The translations under genes and the position numbers were made by a program. Of a stretch of DNA of 64,000 nucleotides, positions 51,701 through 62,660 are shown one piece after another; the first letter of the stretch is position 1, and each line of letters opens with the position of its first letter. Location of the stretch: the NCBI GenBank assembly GCA_964199315.1, contig OZ116712.1, positions 6,386,001 through 6,450,000 of the forward strand, given 5' to 3'. The notes under the pieces were generated by a model. The model made no database searches, was not told the DNA's origin, and saw nothing but the letters and a program-made list of their open reading frames with translations. The DNA comes from Orbicella franksi. Lineage: Eukaryota.

Positions 51701-53180
51701 CTAAATTTTTCAAGGTCGTCGTTTGTAATCTATGTTAATCTTCTCCATCCTTAAAGAAGCTCAGTTACGGTTTGTGCATATTGAAAAGTTTAGCCTCAAT
51801 TTTTCAAATTCGTCGTTTGTAATCCGTCTTAATCTTCTCCATCCTTAGCCATCCTTGTTCCTTTATGGTTTATTATTATCTCTTTGGTGTTTTTCCATCT
51901 TAGTAAACTACTATTTTCAGGTTTCCTTCAATTTAAAGGTAATTTTTTTGCGTGGCCAAAATAACTCAAAAGACAGTGACTGAGCGCCTTTAAGGATTCT
52001 GTTAATTACAAGTGTGAGGTAGTTTCGTTGTAGTATGTTATGGTTGTCTCAAGAAAGAAAACTTGCTGGACACTTTGAGGGGTTATGAGTGAATCGCTTG
52101 AACATGAAAGCACATGAATCAATCAAGTTTGCGCTCTTGAGGCCTAATGAGCAACGAAAATGAACCCGAACTGAAACCCTGTTCAAGCATCCGACTGGCA
52201 GAACGAAAGACCGACAGAGCGAACGAACAAGCAGACGAACAAAAGCCAAAACTAAAATGTAGCTGCAGCTTACCTTTTAAAATGTTAAGGATTAAGCTCA
52301 GCACAGCCCCACTCCCTGGGGGAGGCGTGGAGTACCAAGTGTAGTCTCCTAAAGTCCCGCTCAGTGGTGTCTTGAATTTGACCTTGTAGTTCTTCAAATC
52401 GTCCAAAGTAAAAATTCCACCACCATCCTTGACGTCTTGTACAATATCTTTGGCTAGTTCTCCGTAATAAAAATCTTCAGGGTTGTCGCGAATGCGTTCT
52501 AAGGTCTTGGCAAACTTGGGCATGCAAAGAGTTTCTCCTAGTTTCTTCAATTTGCCGTCCTTGTTGAAGAGAAGTTCCCTTAATTAAAACCAAACGCGAT
52601 AGTTCAGGAACGATGTTTCTCTAAATTACCATTCAGTTTGAGGGAGGAATGATAGGAAAGAAGTAATACGGGAACACTATCTTGCTGTCCATCTAAAGAT
52701 TCCTGGAGAAATGTACGAGAGATCGTTTTTTTATCACATTTTGAAACACCGGGAAGAGAGTTGAGAATACGGCGTGCAGCAGAGTACTTTTGAGGAACTG
52801 GGGTGTTTCGAAAATGTGGTCAAACACTGTCTTTAGTGTTTGATACCCCCGGTATATCTTCTCAATCTTAAACTAAAACTCAGGAGAAAAGGGTAGAAAT
52901 AACATCGCCAGAGTCTATGCTGTTTTCGATTAGGTGTCTAAACAGCGAAACACCGTTACTGTTGTTACTTCCTTCGTTTAAACTTGATGAATTGTTTGAG
53001 TTAAAGCGTTAGATTTAATTTGGATTCAGTCTTTTTTGTATAAAAGATATCTGAAAATTATCGTCATATCGCACGAACACCAATGCACTCGAACCGCGTG
53101 CGCAGATTAGTTAGCGTCAATGTCGACTATACCTCAGGTGAAAGATACATTTCAGTTCATACAGGATTACACTCGAACGC

Positions 53181-53211
<31 letters not shown>

Positions 53212-56200
53212 GTTTTCTCACATAACTCTATCGTGGGACTGACCCTTATTATATCCTTAACCTTAACTGTAAAGCAGGGATATATTTTTTTCTTATTCTC
53301 TTATTCCTTTTTTTATCCGCGTCACCTCATTCCTGGATCTTTTTCGAGAAGGGGTTGGACGCTTTTTCGTGTGGCTGCGTAGTGAGCAGAGTAACCGAAG
53401 GGAAATCCATTTTTTGCCATGTCAATGGAAGGCTGGACCAGCTCCCTCCAAGCCAGTTTGCCATACTTCTTCCAGGCTTCGTAAGATCCTTTCACCTCGC
53501 CAGGCACACCAGACGCGGTTGGACCTATCCAGTTTGAAAACATAACAAACAAACTAACTAACAAACAAACAAACAAACAAACTAACAAACAAACAAACAC
53601 AAAAGGCCTTGAGCAACCTAGAAAATATTAACGTTTTGAACGAATTCAGAGTCACTCTCGTCCCCCGTGGATAACACTAAATACTGTGTATGACCTCGGA
53701 TAACGTCTTTTTACTGGAATACTCGGTTACATACTTATTGGTTTCACACTCTGGTAGTTTTCGTTGAGGTATCTAGCCCACTGAGTCTCCTATAGCTCAT
53801 GAATTTGTAAGTTATTTAAGTTTTACCGATTATTGAAATAATTGTTAATAGTATTTTATTTTATCTGTGTCCCCAAATAGCACCGTTGGCGCTAGGACGA
53901 CCTGACACCTTAATAAAGGATATTTTATGTTGTTATGCTACCCATATTTATTGTCGAATTTTGATGAACAGGATAAGACGCACCTTTCGGCAAAGTTTAA
54001 AGAATTCTGTACATGGGGTTCAGAGCCACCTTAAATTTTCGAAAATTCGACAATAAAAACTGGGTTTCACCGGGCCCTTTTTGAATTATAAGTACATAAG
54101 GCTTAAATTAAACGTGTTTTTAGCTGGTCATACCGTTTTTATCGAAACTTATTGAGTCACGAAAATGATACCAACGTGTTCACCAATGATTGGACAGTTT
54201 TTTGTTACCAATATTGTAGTATTAATTGATAAAGAGCGGTTTTAATGATCCATCATCTGTCGAGGTTGAGCGAAAAGATCTGGGCTGGACGAGCTGGAAT
54301 GAGGTAGAGCAGGAAGCGTAAGACCGCGATGGATAGAAGTTGTTGCTGTGTAGCCTTATGCTCCTCTCACAGGAGCGGAGAGGATGAGTATTAATGATCC
54401 ATCCAAATCTACAGTCTTGGAAAGCGCTAGAAACTGTTTTGAGCCACCTAAAGCTGCATCTTACCTTTTTTAGAGCTCATCGCCCCTCCGACATACATCG
54501 TTTTATTGGCTTTTCCCGGCGCTTCTTCGCGAAAGTCGATCACCTCCACTAAGTTGGTACTCTTTTTGTACACAACCATAAACCCTCCACCGCCGATCCC
54601 TGCGGAATGCATGTTGTAAACCCCGATGCAAAACAAGGCTGCGATCGCCGAATCCACGGCCGTCCCATTTTTCTTCAGAATATCCCGGCCTATCTCCGAG
54701 CAAGGACCGGCGTCCGATGCAACTACGGCGTGCCGGTAAGGGCCATCGGCCCCCGGGGGCCCGGTCGGTAATGGTTTTATCCCGCCAGATGGACATGTGG
54801 GTAGCGCAGTTGTAGGTTGAGAAGTTGCCTTATCCGAAGTAGAATCGTCGTCTTTCTTTATTAAGAGAACTGCGAGTGCGGCAATGAGACCCAGCAAGAT
54901 TACAATAATAACCACAAAGATGATGAGCTGTATCCTGGTGAAATAACAAAACAATATTCGTCATTCCATACAGTTCTTAATTCCTTTTCATTGGCCGAGA
55001 GCCCGCCACACGACTTGCAAATAAGTGCCTACAAAGAATGGTCTGCTCATGCGTAATACCATCTAAATGTGTTTTGGTGCAAATAATGTTCTGCTCATGC
55101 GTAACTGTTACGCTTTTGTGTGAAAAATGGCAGATCGCTTCCTTGCGCTGTAAGAAAGTGATTAAATATGAAAACAAACTTGGCGATCGAATGATAAAAC
55201 AATTATTGAACTTGTTCGTCGCAAAATATCGTTATTTTTCAGTGTCTCGCAGATCAGTTATTTTCCTCAGCCTTCTGCTTTGGCGTTAATTGATCTGCTT
55301 GCCACTGACAAATCACAATATTTTGCTCAGCCTTGTCCGTCGCGGGTCATTCCGATTTGTTATTTCACCGTATGGATAAAAAGAATTTGTCTCTGTTCAC
55401 TTGATCGTCTTTGCTGTTGATCGCATGCATGGTACAAACATTTTAAAACATGATAAACTCAGTATCTGCAATGCAGCTGACAGCCGTCAATCGTAATGCG
55501 TATCCGTAAATGCTGCCAAAACTGGCATTGCTAAATCAAAACTATTGTATTAAACGTGTACGAAACCCTTGTTTAAAGTCTTTTCCTTTCTTTTTTAACC
55601 CTTTTTACTAATATTGAATTATTGTATCGTCTAATCCCTTGCATAATCTTGAATAAAGTAGGGCTCACATCTCTCATAAATATTAGCGATCTCTCTAAAG
55701 CATTCATCGCCGATTACATTCTCATAGATTTAATATGGTGTCATAAGAAGCTACTGTCAAGCATTATTTGAATACCGTGCGTCCATTCCTTAAGAGTGTT
55801 TGTAACGTCCTAATTGCTCGTGTCAGGTTCGTTAGTTTGTACGTTACACGACAGATAATGTAAACTAGTATGTTACCGTTCGCCGATCTCGCGTGTTATT
55901 ACACAGAGAAAACTCGGCTGCATTGAGCAGTTTCTTGTTATGTTGTTAGAAAGGTGACAAATAAAATTGTAATTTTCTTTTGTTCTGCTGAATTGCAGGT
56001 GCGAGAAACGTCAAACAAAGCAACAAGTCTTGTTTCAGTTGATCAGCATGTCATCGCGTCAATACCGAAAATTATTAAAAAAGAACAACTTACATTAGCT
56101 GCCACTTCATTCATATGCGTATGTATGTCCAAAGACCTCCTCCCGCGACGCTTTTCGCAAGAATAGCATAGCAAAGTAAAACAGGTAGGATGTCCTGAGT

Positions 56201-59200
56201 ACAGATCCAAAACACCTTTCGAGAATCGGCAAATAGTTGAAACAGCGGGTACCAGTCTAACCTGAAATGTCAGCCATCTCCCGCCTTCAACCGACTACTA
56301 CCGGTCGAAAATTGAGATAATATAAAACAAACGCGTCCAGATGTCATGTCAGCGCCATACTTATTCGAATACACCTGTCGAAAATTGACGTTAGGTACTA
56401 GAAACAACAGGTCAGAAAATCGTGACTTATTGAAGTTACACACACGAGCGATCGAGAATGTTTGGTCAGTTGACACCTTTTGGTCAGTTGAGAAAAAGTT
56501 ATGGTTGAGAATTTACTCTTAAGTGAAGTCTCGAAAATTGAAACTTAATTTTGGTCTTGACTGACTGATTGAAACGCCAAAGAAACGCATAAATTTGATC
56601 CCGTCGTTTGTGACTAGATGTTGAAAGTTTTTTTAAGCTGCCTTGTTAAAAATCTCACGCCTTTGTGCTCAGCAAGTCGTATCGTTTGCAGTTGATCGAG
56701 AAATTAAAACACTTTTGCTTGCCGCGTACCAATCAATTAATAAATTCGGCAATCAATTAATCAATCGGTCGATCGATTAATCAGTCAGTCCGTCAGTCCG
56801 TCAGTCCTTCAGTCCTTCAGTCCTTCAGTCCTTCAGTCCTTCAGTCCTTCAGTCCTTCAGTCCTTCAGTCCTTCAGTCCTTCAGTCCTTCAGTCCTTCAG
56901 TCCTTCAGTCCTTCAGTCCTTCAGTCCTTCAGTCCGTCAGTCCTTCAGTCCTTCAGTCCTTCAGTCCTTCAGTCCTTCAGTCCGTCCGTCCGTCAGTCCG
57001 TCAGTCCGTCCCCCTCGCTTCCTCCGTCCATCCCTCTGTCAGTCCGTTAGTCAGTCAGTCATTTCCAAGTACCTTATTGCAATACGAAACTCCTGTGTTG
57101 TGTACTTCAATTGACTCAGTCGTTTTTTTGTCAGTCGAGAAAATTCGTCAGTCAACAATGGACTCTAAAAATAAATTAAGGCTCCGGACACCTTAGAAAC
57201 TTCTGCTCTGTTTACCCAAGTTAGTTACGTCAGCTGTTGGAAGGAATAGCAGAATTTCCATGGCAACATCCCTGAACATACTAAATTTTTACACGGCAAA
57301 CGTATAAAACTCAAGCGGGATACATGCATCCCTGCTTTAACTTGACCTCAACTAATTGATTATCTAAGAGCTTCTAAGACATCGTGACCGTAGCTTCATT
57401 AGTCTCTTCAAATGACCCCTCAATCGACTTAACTCAAATTGGAATTCAGCAGTTTATCTGACGTATTCTTTAATCTGCTAAGGTGCAACCTCTCGGCTAT
57501 TTTCGACCTTCGCTAGATTACTTGCATCAATATTTTTGTTCTGTTCTTGGGTTACCCAGTACTATAGATCAGAACGTTAACGCCGACGACAAAAGGGCTG
57601 TCAGATGCGTACGTTCTTAACAGCAAATAATTAATCTTACCTTTAATCAAAGATAAACAATCGCAATCACAACACAACCATCGATAATACAATACTAACA
57701 TTAGTTATGGCCCATCTGCCGGCTCTGAAATGTTCGTGTTGTTTCAGTTTGTGTTTTCGAGACTTTCTAGTCTTTTTTCTTCCTTTCTTTCTCTGTATTT
57801 GAAATAGTAAGAATAACGTTTTAGCGCTTCGAGGGTCAATGAAATCTGAAAGAAAGCGACGTGAGTTGTTTTTGTTCTCAAAATGACACTCGAGCTCACC
57901 GATGTCGTCTATTTTTGGTCTTATCACGTTGTGGATTTTAACACGATGGCGCCGGCATCTCCATCATCGAGCTTTGCTGTTTGACGATGGAGAAAAACAA
58001 AGGGATTCTTCACATTCTATTTTTCTCGATTTGCTTTTGATTTATGTTAAGTTACAGATTCGCCATACAGAACACTTGTTACATTAGTGCGGAAACATTT
58101 GTGAGCGATTTTTGAATGCACGTAAGGTGATTACCCTTAATGTGGAACAATCAAACTTATCGAAACTAATGCATGAAAAAAATCAGCTTACGATGAAGAT
58201 ATTTTCATTACCAGTTTGTCGACTAAGGTTCAGCCATTCAAAAACTTGTTATTTACAGAAGTGTCTGACCGAACTACTTCTGTTTTAGCATGATGACGAC
58301 ACGTACTTGACGCGGATTTACGATTCGAGTCTTCTCACCTATTGCGGCGACGGATATCACGCCTGGCCGTGGCTTCATCTGCTGATAGTTCACGGTTCAC
58401 TTTTGCCCCCTCCATGTTGCAGTCTTGCCGTTGAGTCTTCTTGAGCCAGTAAACCAACTTTAACTCACCAAAATTTCGATCGCACAAGTCAGTAAAGCGT
58501 CAAATTGGATGTGTGCCAAGGAGCGTGTTAATATCCAACGCGACGCAGGTGCAAATGCCGTGGCAACCTGTTACATAACTTGTCACGCAAACTTTTTTTT
58601 CCTTGTTCCTCCTGTGCTGAGAAATGAGGTCATTTAGTTTTACTACATCCTTACCCTAAGATTCAATGGGTGTAAAAAAACGACACTAGACCCTTTCACG
58701 ATTTATTGAACTTTAGATATTCTGCAACTTTAAAAGGTTGTAAATGTAAGAGAACATTCGACACTACTGTAAAGGGCACCAAAGGTTAAAATATTTTGTT
58801 TTCGTTCTTCCAGATGTGGTCATGTTTATCATTCCGAATGTATGGCAGGGACTACTGGAACCGAGGGAAACTGGATGTGTTTTCTTTGTAACAAAACTGG
58901 TCTTTCGCGTCTTTCTTCTTGGAAGGGTAAAAAGACAGTTGGGAAATCAGTACAACCAGCACCAGGAGCGGGTCAGGTATGAGAAACAAGCAATCTATGC
59001 TTGCATTGTTCGAGTGGTGCTATCTGTATTTGGTCGTCAAGAGAAGTCACTACCTAACTTAAGGAAGCTCAGTCACGGTATTTTGGCCACGTACAAAAGT
59101 ACTTTTAAATTGAAGGAAATCTGAAAATAATAAGAAAGAAAAACACCAAAGAGATAATAATAAACCATAAAGGAACAAGGATGGTTAAGGATGGAGAAGA

Positions 59201-60724
59201 TTAACGCGGATTGCAAACGACGAACGTGAAAAATTTAGGCTAAACCTTTCAAGATGCGCAAACCGTGTCGTAGTTCTTGTAATATTTTTTATCTTTCTGT
59301 AGAAGTTAAAGGCTGAAAGTTCTGGAACATCCACCAAAGAAGATCTTTCCAAAGTAAGTGCAGGAGATTCAAACGGCGTCAATTTGAAAACGCTTCTGTG
59401 CTGAAACCCAACCTGATGAGTTTTGTTAAAGTTTCCCTTATGCATGTTGAGTAAATATTGACGTTAGTTTCACGAAGGTGGAAGGAGGGGTTTCTTTCTA
59501 CGGAGCGGGTTTTCGCGGGATCGAAAACACTTCGGTAGTCTTTTGTTTGCTCCGGGGAGGTTTCTATAGAGTCCATGGGGAACATCAAGGTTTCTCTACG
59601 GCTGCTAGAGAGTGGTTCAGGGGTACAGTTTCTATGCCCTGTAATGAAATACCTTTTATTTATGATATCAGCGAAAAGAAAAAACTTCACGTAGAGTAAC
59701 ACAAGCCAAATAGGTCACCCCCGCGTTAATACACTGTGGGACAAATGCGGTAAAATTTTGTTGGTCTTCACTTTGTCATACTTATTTCTTGATCCACGCT
59801 TCTTTTTCCTTCTTTGTAAACAGTCCGGAAATCGTAGGGAAAAAAATTGAAAATATCTGGTACTTTGCCGAATGGAAAACGGAGACGAGATTTTTCCAAT
59901 TGTACAAGACCTCGAAAACGCACTCGAGAAATAAGCCTAAGGTGTTAGAGAAACATGTGATTGTCCTATCTTTCTATTGTACCAATTGCGGGAGGTTAGC
60001 AGGTATAGTACCTCTTTATTGATTTCTTTTCATGCAGACTGAAAGATCGGTACCGTCTCTAACGCAACAACAGTTTGAAGCGGTAACAAGACTCAAAGGA
60101 CAAAACAAGGGTGTTTCACGGGTAAATATGAAGTGTTGTTGTTTTTTTTTTTATGTTTGACATCTTGTTAATGAACGTTTTTTATATTAAGGATCGTACT
60201 TTTAAATCCCTGTACAAAACTCTGACTACTGGGCCATGAAACTTCAGTCGAGCAAGTGAGACACTTAGCTATTTATTAAATCTAAGTTGATAAAGGTGAA
60301 GCAGTCGGATAAGTGAGTTTGTGTTCCAGGGTTGGCCCTTCGTGAGAACTAAATGAAATCTGATACGGTGTAGCTTTCCGTTGGGTCGGAACTTTGTGAT
60401 GCTGTTTTGCTCTAAAGAAGGGCTTCAGCTGGAGACTTCAGCTTCAACGATTTGCTGCGGTGGAAAATTTAGCTTTTTCGACTTTATAAGTTTATAAATA
60501 GCTACAAGAAACTGCATACTTTGTAAACAGGTGTGAAATCATATGTTACCGTCTAAGAAACAAGTGATGTCTTGTTTTTCTGTTTCTTGTAGCTGGCCAT
60601 TTTATCGGAATTATCCAGGTCTAGCGATGTGATAAATCTCAACTATGGCTCCCACTCGACCAACTCTAGCAGTATCTTTGAAGATGAACGCTTCAGACTG
60701 CACCTTGCTCCTCCACGGGAGTAG
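12760..60724 (+). CDS. VPS8: Vacuolar protein sorting-associated protein 8 (CORVET subunit), 52 coding exons, about 1401 aa
   Basis: Exons: 12760-12900, 14082-14147, 14238-14332, 14964-15054, 15274-15306, 16001-16055, 18532-18576, 18723-18802, 19073-19159, 20792-20859, 21623-21673, 21802-21904, 22518-22574, 22659-22736, 23769-23810, 24456-24536, 25436-25519, 26525-26611, 28328-28402, 29002-29037, 29407-29497, 29575-29621, 29874-29966, 30542-30588, 31559-31657, 31779-31819, 32526-32608, 33038-33127, 33598-33649, 34152-34267, 34721-34766, 37186-37259, 37938-37972, 38480-38558, 39145-39237, 39394-39450, 40061-40143, 40214-40298, 40882-40980, 41335-41424, 41887-41936, 42593-42737, 43144-43233, 43724-43790, 44364-44464, 44903-44981, 45300-45382, 46265-46345, 46884-47059, 58814-58976, 60038-60121, 60593-60724. 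The total is 4206 nt with consistent phases. Recognisable VPS8 motifs: [124 protein letters not shown]2 CAIC...CGHVYHSEC...CFLC, C-terminal [15 protein letters not shown]. Confidence 0.95.
16204..17863. mobile_element. 1.66-kb DNA element with about 300-bp sub-repeated TIRs and putative TA TSD; contains a nested MITE (16739-17117)
   Basis: TA|CCTTAGTGCCAACC...GGTTGGCACTAAGG|TA; 16204-16480 is the reverse complement of 17560-17863. The nested element has (C/T)GGTCAGT.TAAAA...TTTTACACTGACCG termini. Confidence 0.8.
18620..18707. repeat. 88-nt near-perfect hairpin (42-bp arms, 1 mismatch, 4-nt loop) in VPS8 intron 7
   Basis: AAAATGTCTTACGTACTACGCAT(G)TATTTCTGAATCAGTGTT-ATTA-AACACTGATTCAGAAATA(G)ATGCGTAGTACGTAAGACATTTT. 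Confidence 0.9.
19211..20470 (+). mobile_element. Academ(H)-like DNA transposon relic carrying a decayed RecQ-type helicase fragment (19531-19775)
   Basis: TAG...CTA termini with TIR TAGCCTGTGTAGCTTGGCGGTTTTTAAGCAATTT; flanking direct repeat CAGCTGTG (19203-19210, 20471-20478). Frameshifted peptide [29 protein letters not shown]...[15 protein letters not shown] corresponds to RecQ motifs 0/I/Ia. Confidence 0.75.
24718..25050. mobile_element. TIR MITE with CCC...GGG-type ends (possibly EnSpm/CACTA-like)
   Basis: CCCTGGGGATGGGAGACCCCTTATTAAAAGGAAGGGGGTGCTCGTC versus GACGACCCCCCCGTCCTTTTTATGTGGGAGTCCTCCCCCCCCCCCGGG. Confidence 0.55.
25565..26312. mobile_element. Nested copies of a TTAAGCAA.GACGACGGC TIR MITE family
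   Basis: Multiple inverted TTAAGCAA(T/C)GACGAC / GTCGTTGCTTAAG motifs and inverted internal blocks. Confidence 0.7.
26856..27002. other. Assembly gap (147 N)
   Basis: Run of N inside a MITE copy. Confidence 1.
27030..27500 (-). mobile_element. L2/CR1-clade LINE 3' fragment inserted into a Harbinger-type MITE
   Basis: Minus [16 protein letters not shown]...[18 protein letters not shown]...[22 protein letters not shown] is typical post-RT sequence. The MITE sequence resumes at about 27541. Confidence 0.8.
27749..28305. mobile_element. PIF/Harbinger-type MITE with long TIRs and TTA TSD
   Basis: TTA|GGCCCCGTTCTTACGTCGCATTTCTGCCGTGTCGAATTCAATTCA...TGAATTGAATTCGACACGGCAGAAATGCGACGTATGAACTGGGCC|TTA. 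Confidence 0.85.
28403..28697 (-). mobile_element. tRNA-derived SINE with CORE-like CTTGGGCAAGACAC motif; other copies 38659-38971 (+) and 46510-46793 (+)
   Basis: Three mutually alignable copies with a tRNA head (GGTTAGTGCGCT...GGTTCGAG), CTCTCCACCCAG.TGTATA and a GACTTTACC tail. Confidence 0.85.
29695..29830. repeat. (CAA)n microsatellite; others at about 23335-23356 and 33780-33812; (GAAC)n at 31075-31125; (AAAC)n at 53545-53597; (TTA)n at 62610-62660
   Basis: Direct inspection. Confidence 0.9.
32044..32487. mobile_element. Penelope-like element remnant with inverted termini
   Basis: ATAGTGTAATCGTC...GACGTTTCGGCAAC at the left and CTGAAGATGAC...TTTCGAAAC...GACGATCACACTAT at the right, a pattern typical of Penelope pseudo-LTRs; fragment also at about 46375-46450. 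Confidence 0.55.
34803..37143. mobile_element. 2.3-kb composite TIR element in VPS8 intron 31
   Basis: About 95-bp inverted repeats (34803-34900 versus 37050-37143), internal degenerate TTAGGG/CTAGGG array (35105-35290) and a tandem duplication of about 225 bp (35402-35630, 35631-35852). Confidence 0.75.
48352..58415 (-). CDS. GGT: Gamma-glutamyltranspeptidase / glutathione hydrolase (type II membrane protein), 8 exons, about 628 aa, nested in VPS8 intron 49
   Basis: Exons 58415-58339 ([26 protein letters not shown]), 54934-54465, 53524-53326, 52578-52274, 51508-51372, 50770-50580, 49651-49411, 48618-48352; 1887 nt in frame. Motifs: TM segment [46 protein letters not shown], autocleavage/nucleophile G|[43 protein letters not shown]. 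Confidence 0.95.
51660..51990. mobile_element. TTAA-flanked (AAGGAGCTACGTCACGG) MITE family; partial copies at about 40330-40540 and 59060-59260
   Basis: Shared AACACCAAAGAGATAA.AATAAACCATAAAGGAACAAG block in three places; the left end is itself tandemly duplicated. Confidence 0.65.
56783..57010. repeat. (TCAGTCCT)n 8-bp tandem array in GGT intron 1
   Basis: More than 20 near-perfect units. Confidence 0.95.
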
Positions 60725-60797
60725 ATTGATACCAGCATTGCGTGACAGTTAAGTGACCTTGTATACGTGACAGCAAATAGGTGTGAGGTGGCCTGGG

Positions 60798-60958
60798 TAG
60801 ACTGCGAGCAGTCTCCCTTTTGCTCGAAAATCCGAGGGGAAAAACGCAAACGAATAGAGGCGAGGGTTAAGCCGCGAGAGGGGCTCGGCTCGGTTCCTTT
60901 GCGTTATTCCCGATTCCTCCCGCGGATTTTCGAGCGAAAGAGAGACTGTTCGCAGTTA
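60798..60958. mobile_element. TAG-terminal TIR MITE (Academ-like) in the presumed VPS8 3' UTR
   Basis: TAGACTGCGAGCAGTCTC...GAGACTGTTCGCAGTTA; flanks TGGCCTGGG and TGGCGTGGC (7/9 match, decayed 9-bp TSD). Confidence 0.65.
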
Positions 60959-62229
60959 TGGCGTGGCGTGACCAGTCAGCAGAGTGACTTTGATTAGTAA
61001 CGTGGCTTTTCGTTGTCAAAATTCCCGGCTGGTGCAAAATTGGGTGGCATTCCGACGTGACAGCAAAGCAAAGTTGCGTGATTAGACAACGTCACCAAAG
61101 TCGCTCCACCTCCTTAAGACTTAATTGATTGACTGAAGCGTTGTGTTACTCCAGTACGTTGTAGCCTTCCGGTGGCTTGGTTTGTGGCTTCTCCTCGTCG
61201 TGCATGAATAAACTATGTTCGACAACGTGACTTCGTGGCAGGATCTACAAGCTGTCGCTTCCGCTCGTGACGTGAAACATTATGAAACGACATCGTAATC
61301 TTGTGGCGTGACAGCTAGAGCACCGGAAGTCGAAATCAAGTCGTGTCCAAACTATTCCGCGCACTCTTGAGTTGTCTTTTGACGTTGCGTTTCTTTGTTC
61401 AGCCTACAATGAGAGGTGTTTTGGAGTTTAGTAAGGAAAGTCTGGATGTTGACATTGACCCTTATCAAGTTATGATACACATTTTCATTTTCGTTGAGCA
61501 AGAATTGCCGGTTGGATTTGCTGCACTGTTGGACCACACCAGTTTTTGTCGAGTACAACTGGAAGACTTGAGAACGAAAATATTGCTCAATTTGCTTAAG
61601 ACAACGTAGTTTAGTCTGGCATTCCAATACAAACTTTCGTATCCTGCCTATCTCACTGAGCCAACTGTTCTTCAACAAGCTGCAACCGGTACCGTTTATC
61701 GAATAATGATGCCTTTTTGGTAGAAAGTATATACGTACGTCCACAATCGGTTTCTATGTTTTTAAGAAAGTGAAAATATTTGAACATTTTAAGGCGCCAG
61801 ATATTTTTTACACGTAAAAGTTGAAAATTAGTAGGAAAAAAGAAAAAAAAAACGAAAAAAGGCAAAATGGTTTTCTAGCAAACGAAGTAGACGTTATTAG
61901 GTATTTTAAGTGAAATAGAAAATGAAATAAATTAAGGAAATAATAACAGAAGGAAGTCAAATTGACAACATTTTCCACAAAATTCCCTTAATCTACTTTT
62001 AAAAAGCAGGTTTTATAGAGTTATTTCGTTATTTATAATAAAATTGACATTCACGATGACTTGAACGTTAACTGACTGAATGGTTTGTATCTGCGTATGC
62101 CCTATTCACGGTTTTGAAACCCGGGGGGACTCTAATATGAAAAGGTCGGAGATTTTTCGTCGAAATATTGGCATTTGCGAAAAACCACGTGATCCTTGCT
62201 ACTTCGTGCGACTCACTTATTTTGTTGTC

Positions 62230-62606
62230 GGGTTAAAACTTTTCCATTACCCGGTGAAACCGCCCGCTACCACACTTTATCTTGGTCCAAAATTATGGAA
62301 CAGGCCTCCCAACAAATTAAGGCTGGTTACCAGTATTAATGTTTTCAAAACAAACGTACGTAAGATGAACGTGGAAACTCTACTGGATGAGAGATGCCGA
62401 AGCTGCAATGTAAGCAATAACTAATGAATTAGGTTTTGTCACTTGTAAACAGACTAAAATTTTAAATTATTCTTAGGTATTGTAATTTCTTTTTTAGGTA
62501 GGTGTCCTCTACAAGTAGAGGGTTATCCCGTGGTTAAAACATTTTGACACCTGAATAAAGTTATTTTATCATTATTATTATCATTATCGTTATCGTTATC
62601 GTTATC

Positions 62607-62660
<54 letters not shown>
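62230..62660 (+). mobile_element. L2/CR1-type LINE 3' end
   Basis: GPKLWNRPPNKLRLVTSINVFKTNVRK motif followed by AATAAA and a (TTA)n tail. Confidence 0.6.

Noticed and set aside
56783-57010. CRISPR-like or coding repeat array
   Set aside because: A simple 8-bp tandem repeat without spacers, in a eukaryotic intron; no CRISPR array seen anywhere in the window.
61343-61744. ORFs on both strands downstream of VPS8
   Set aside because: No recognisable motifs or splice context; more consistent with 3' UTR or decayed repeat DNA.
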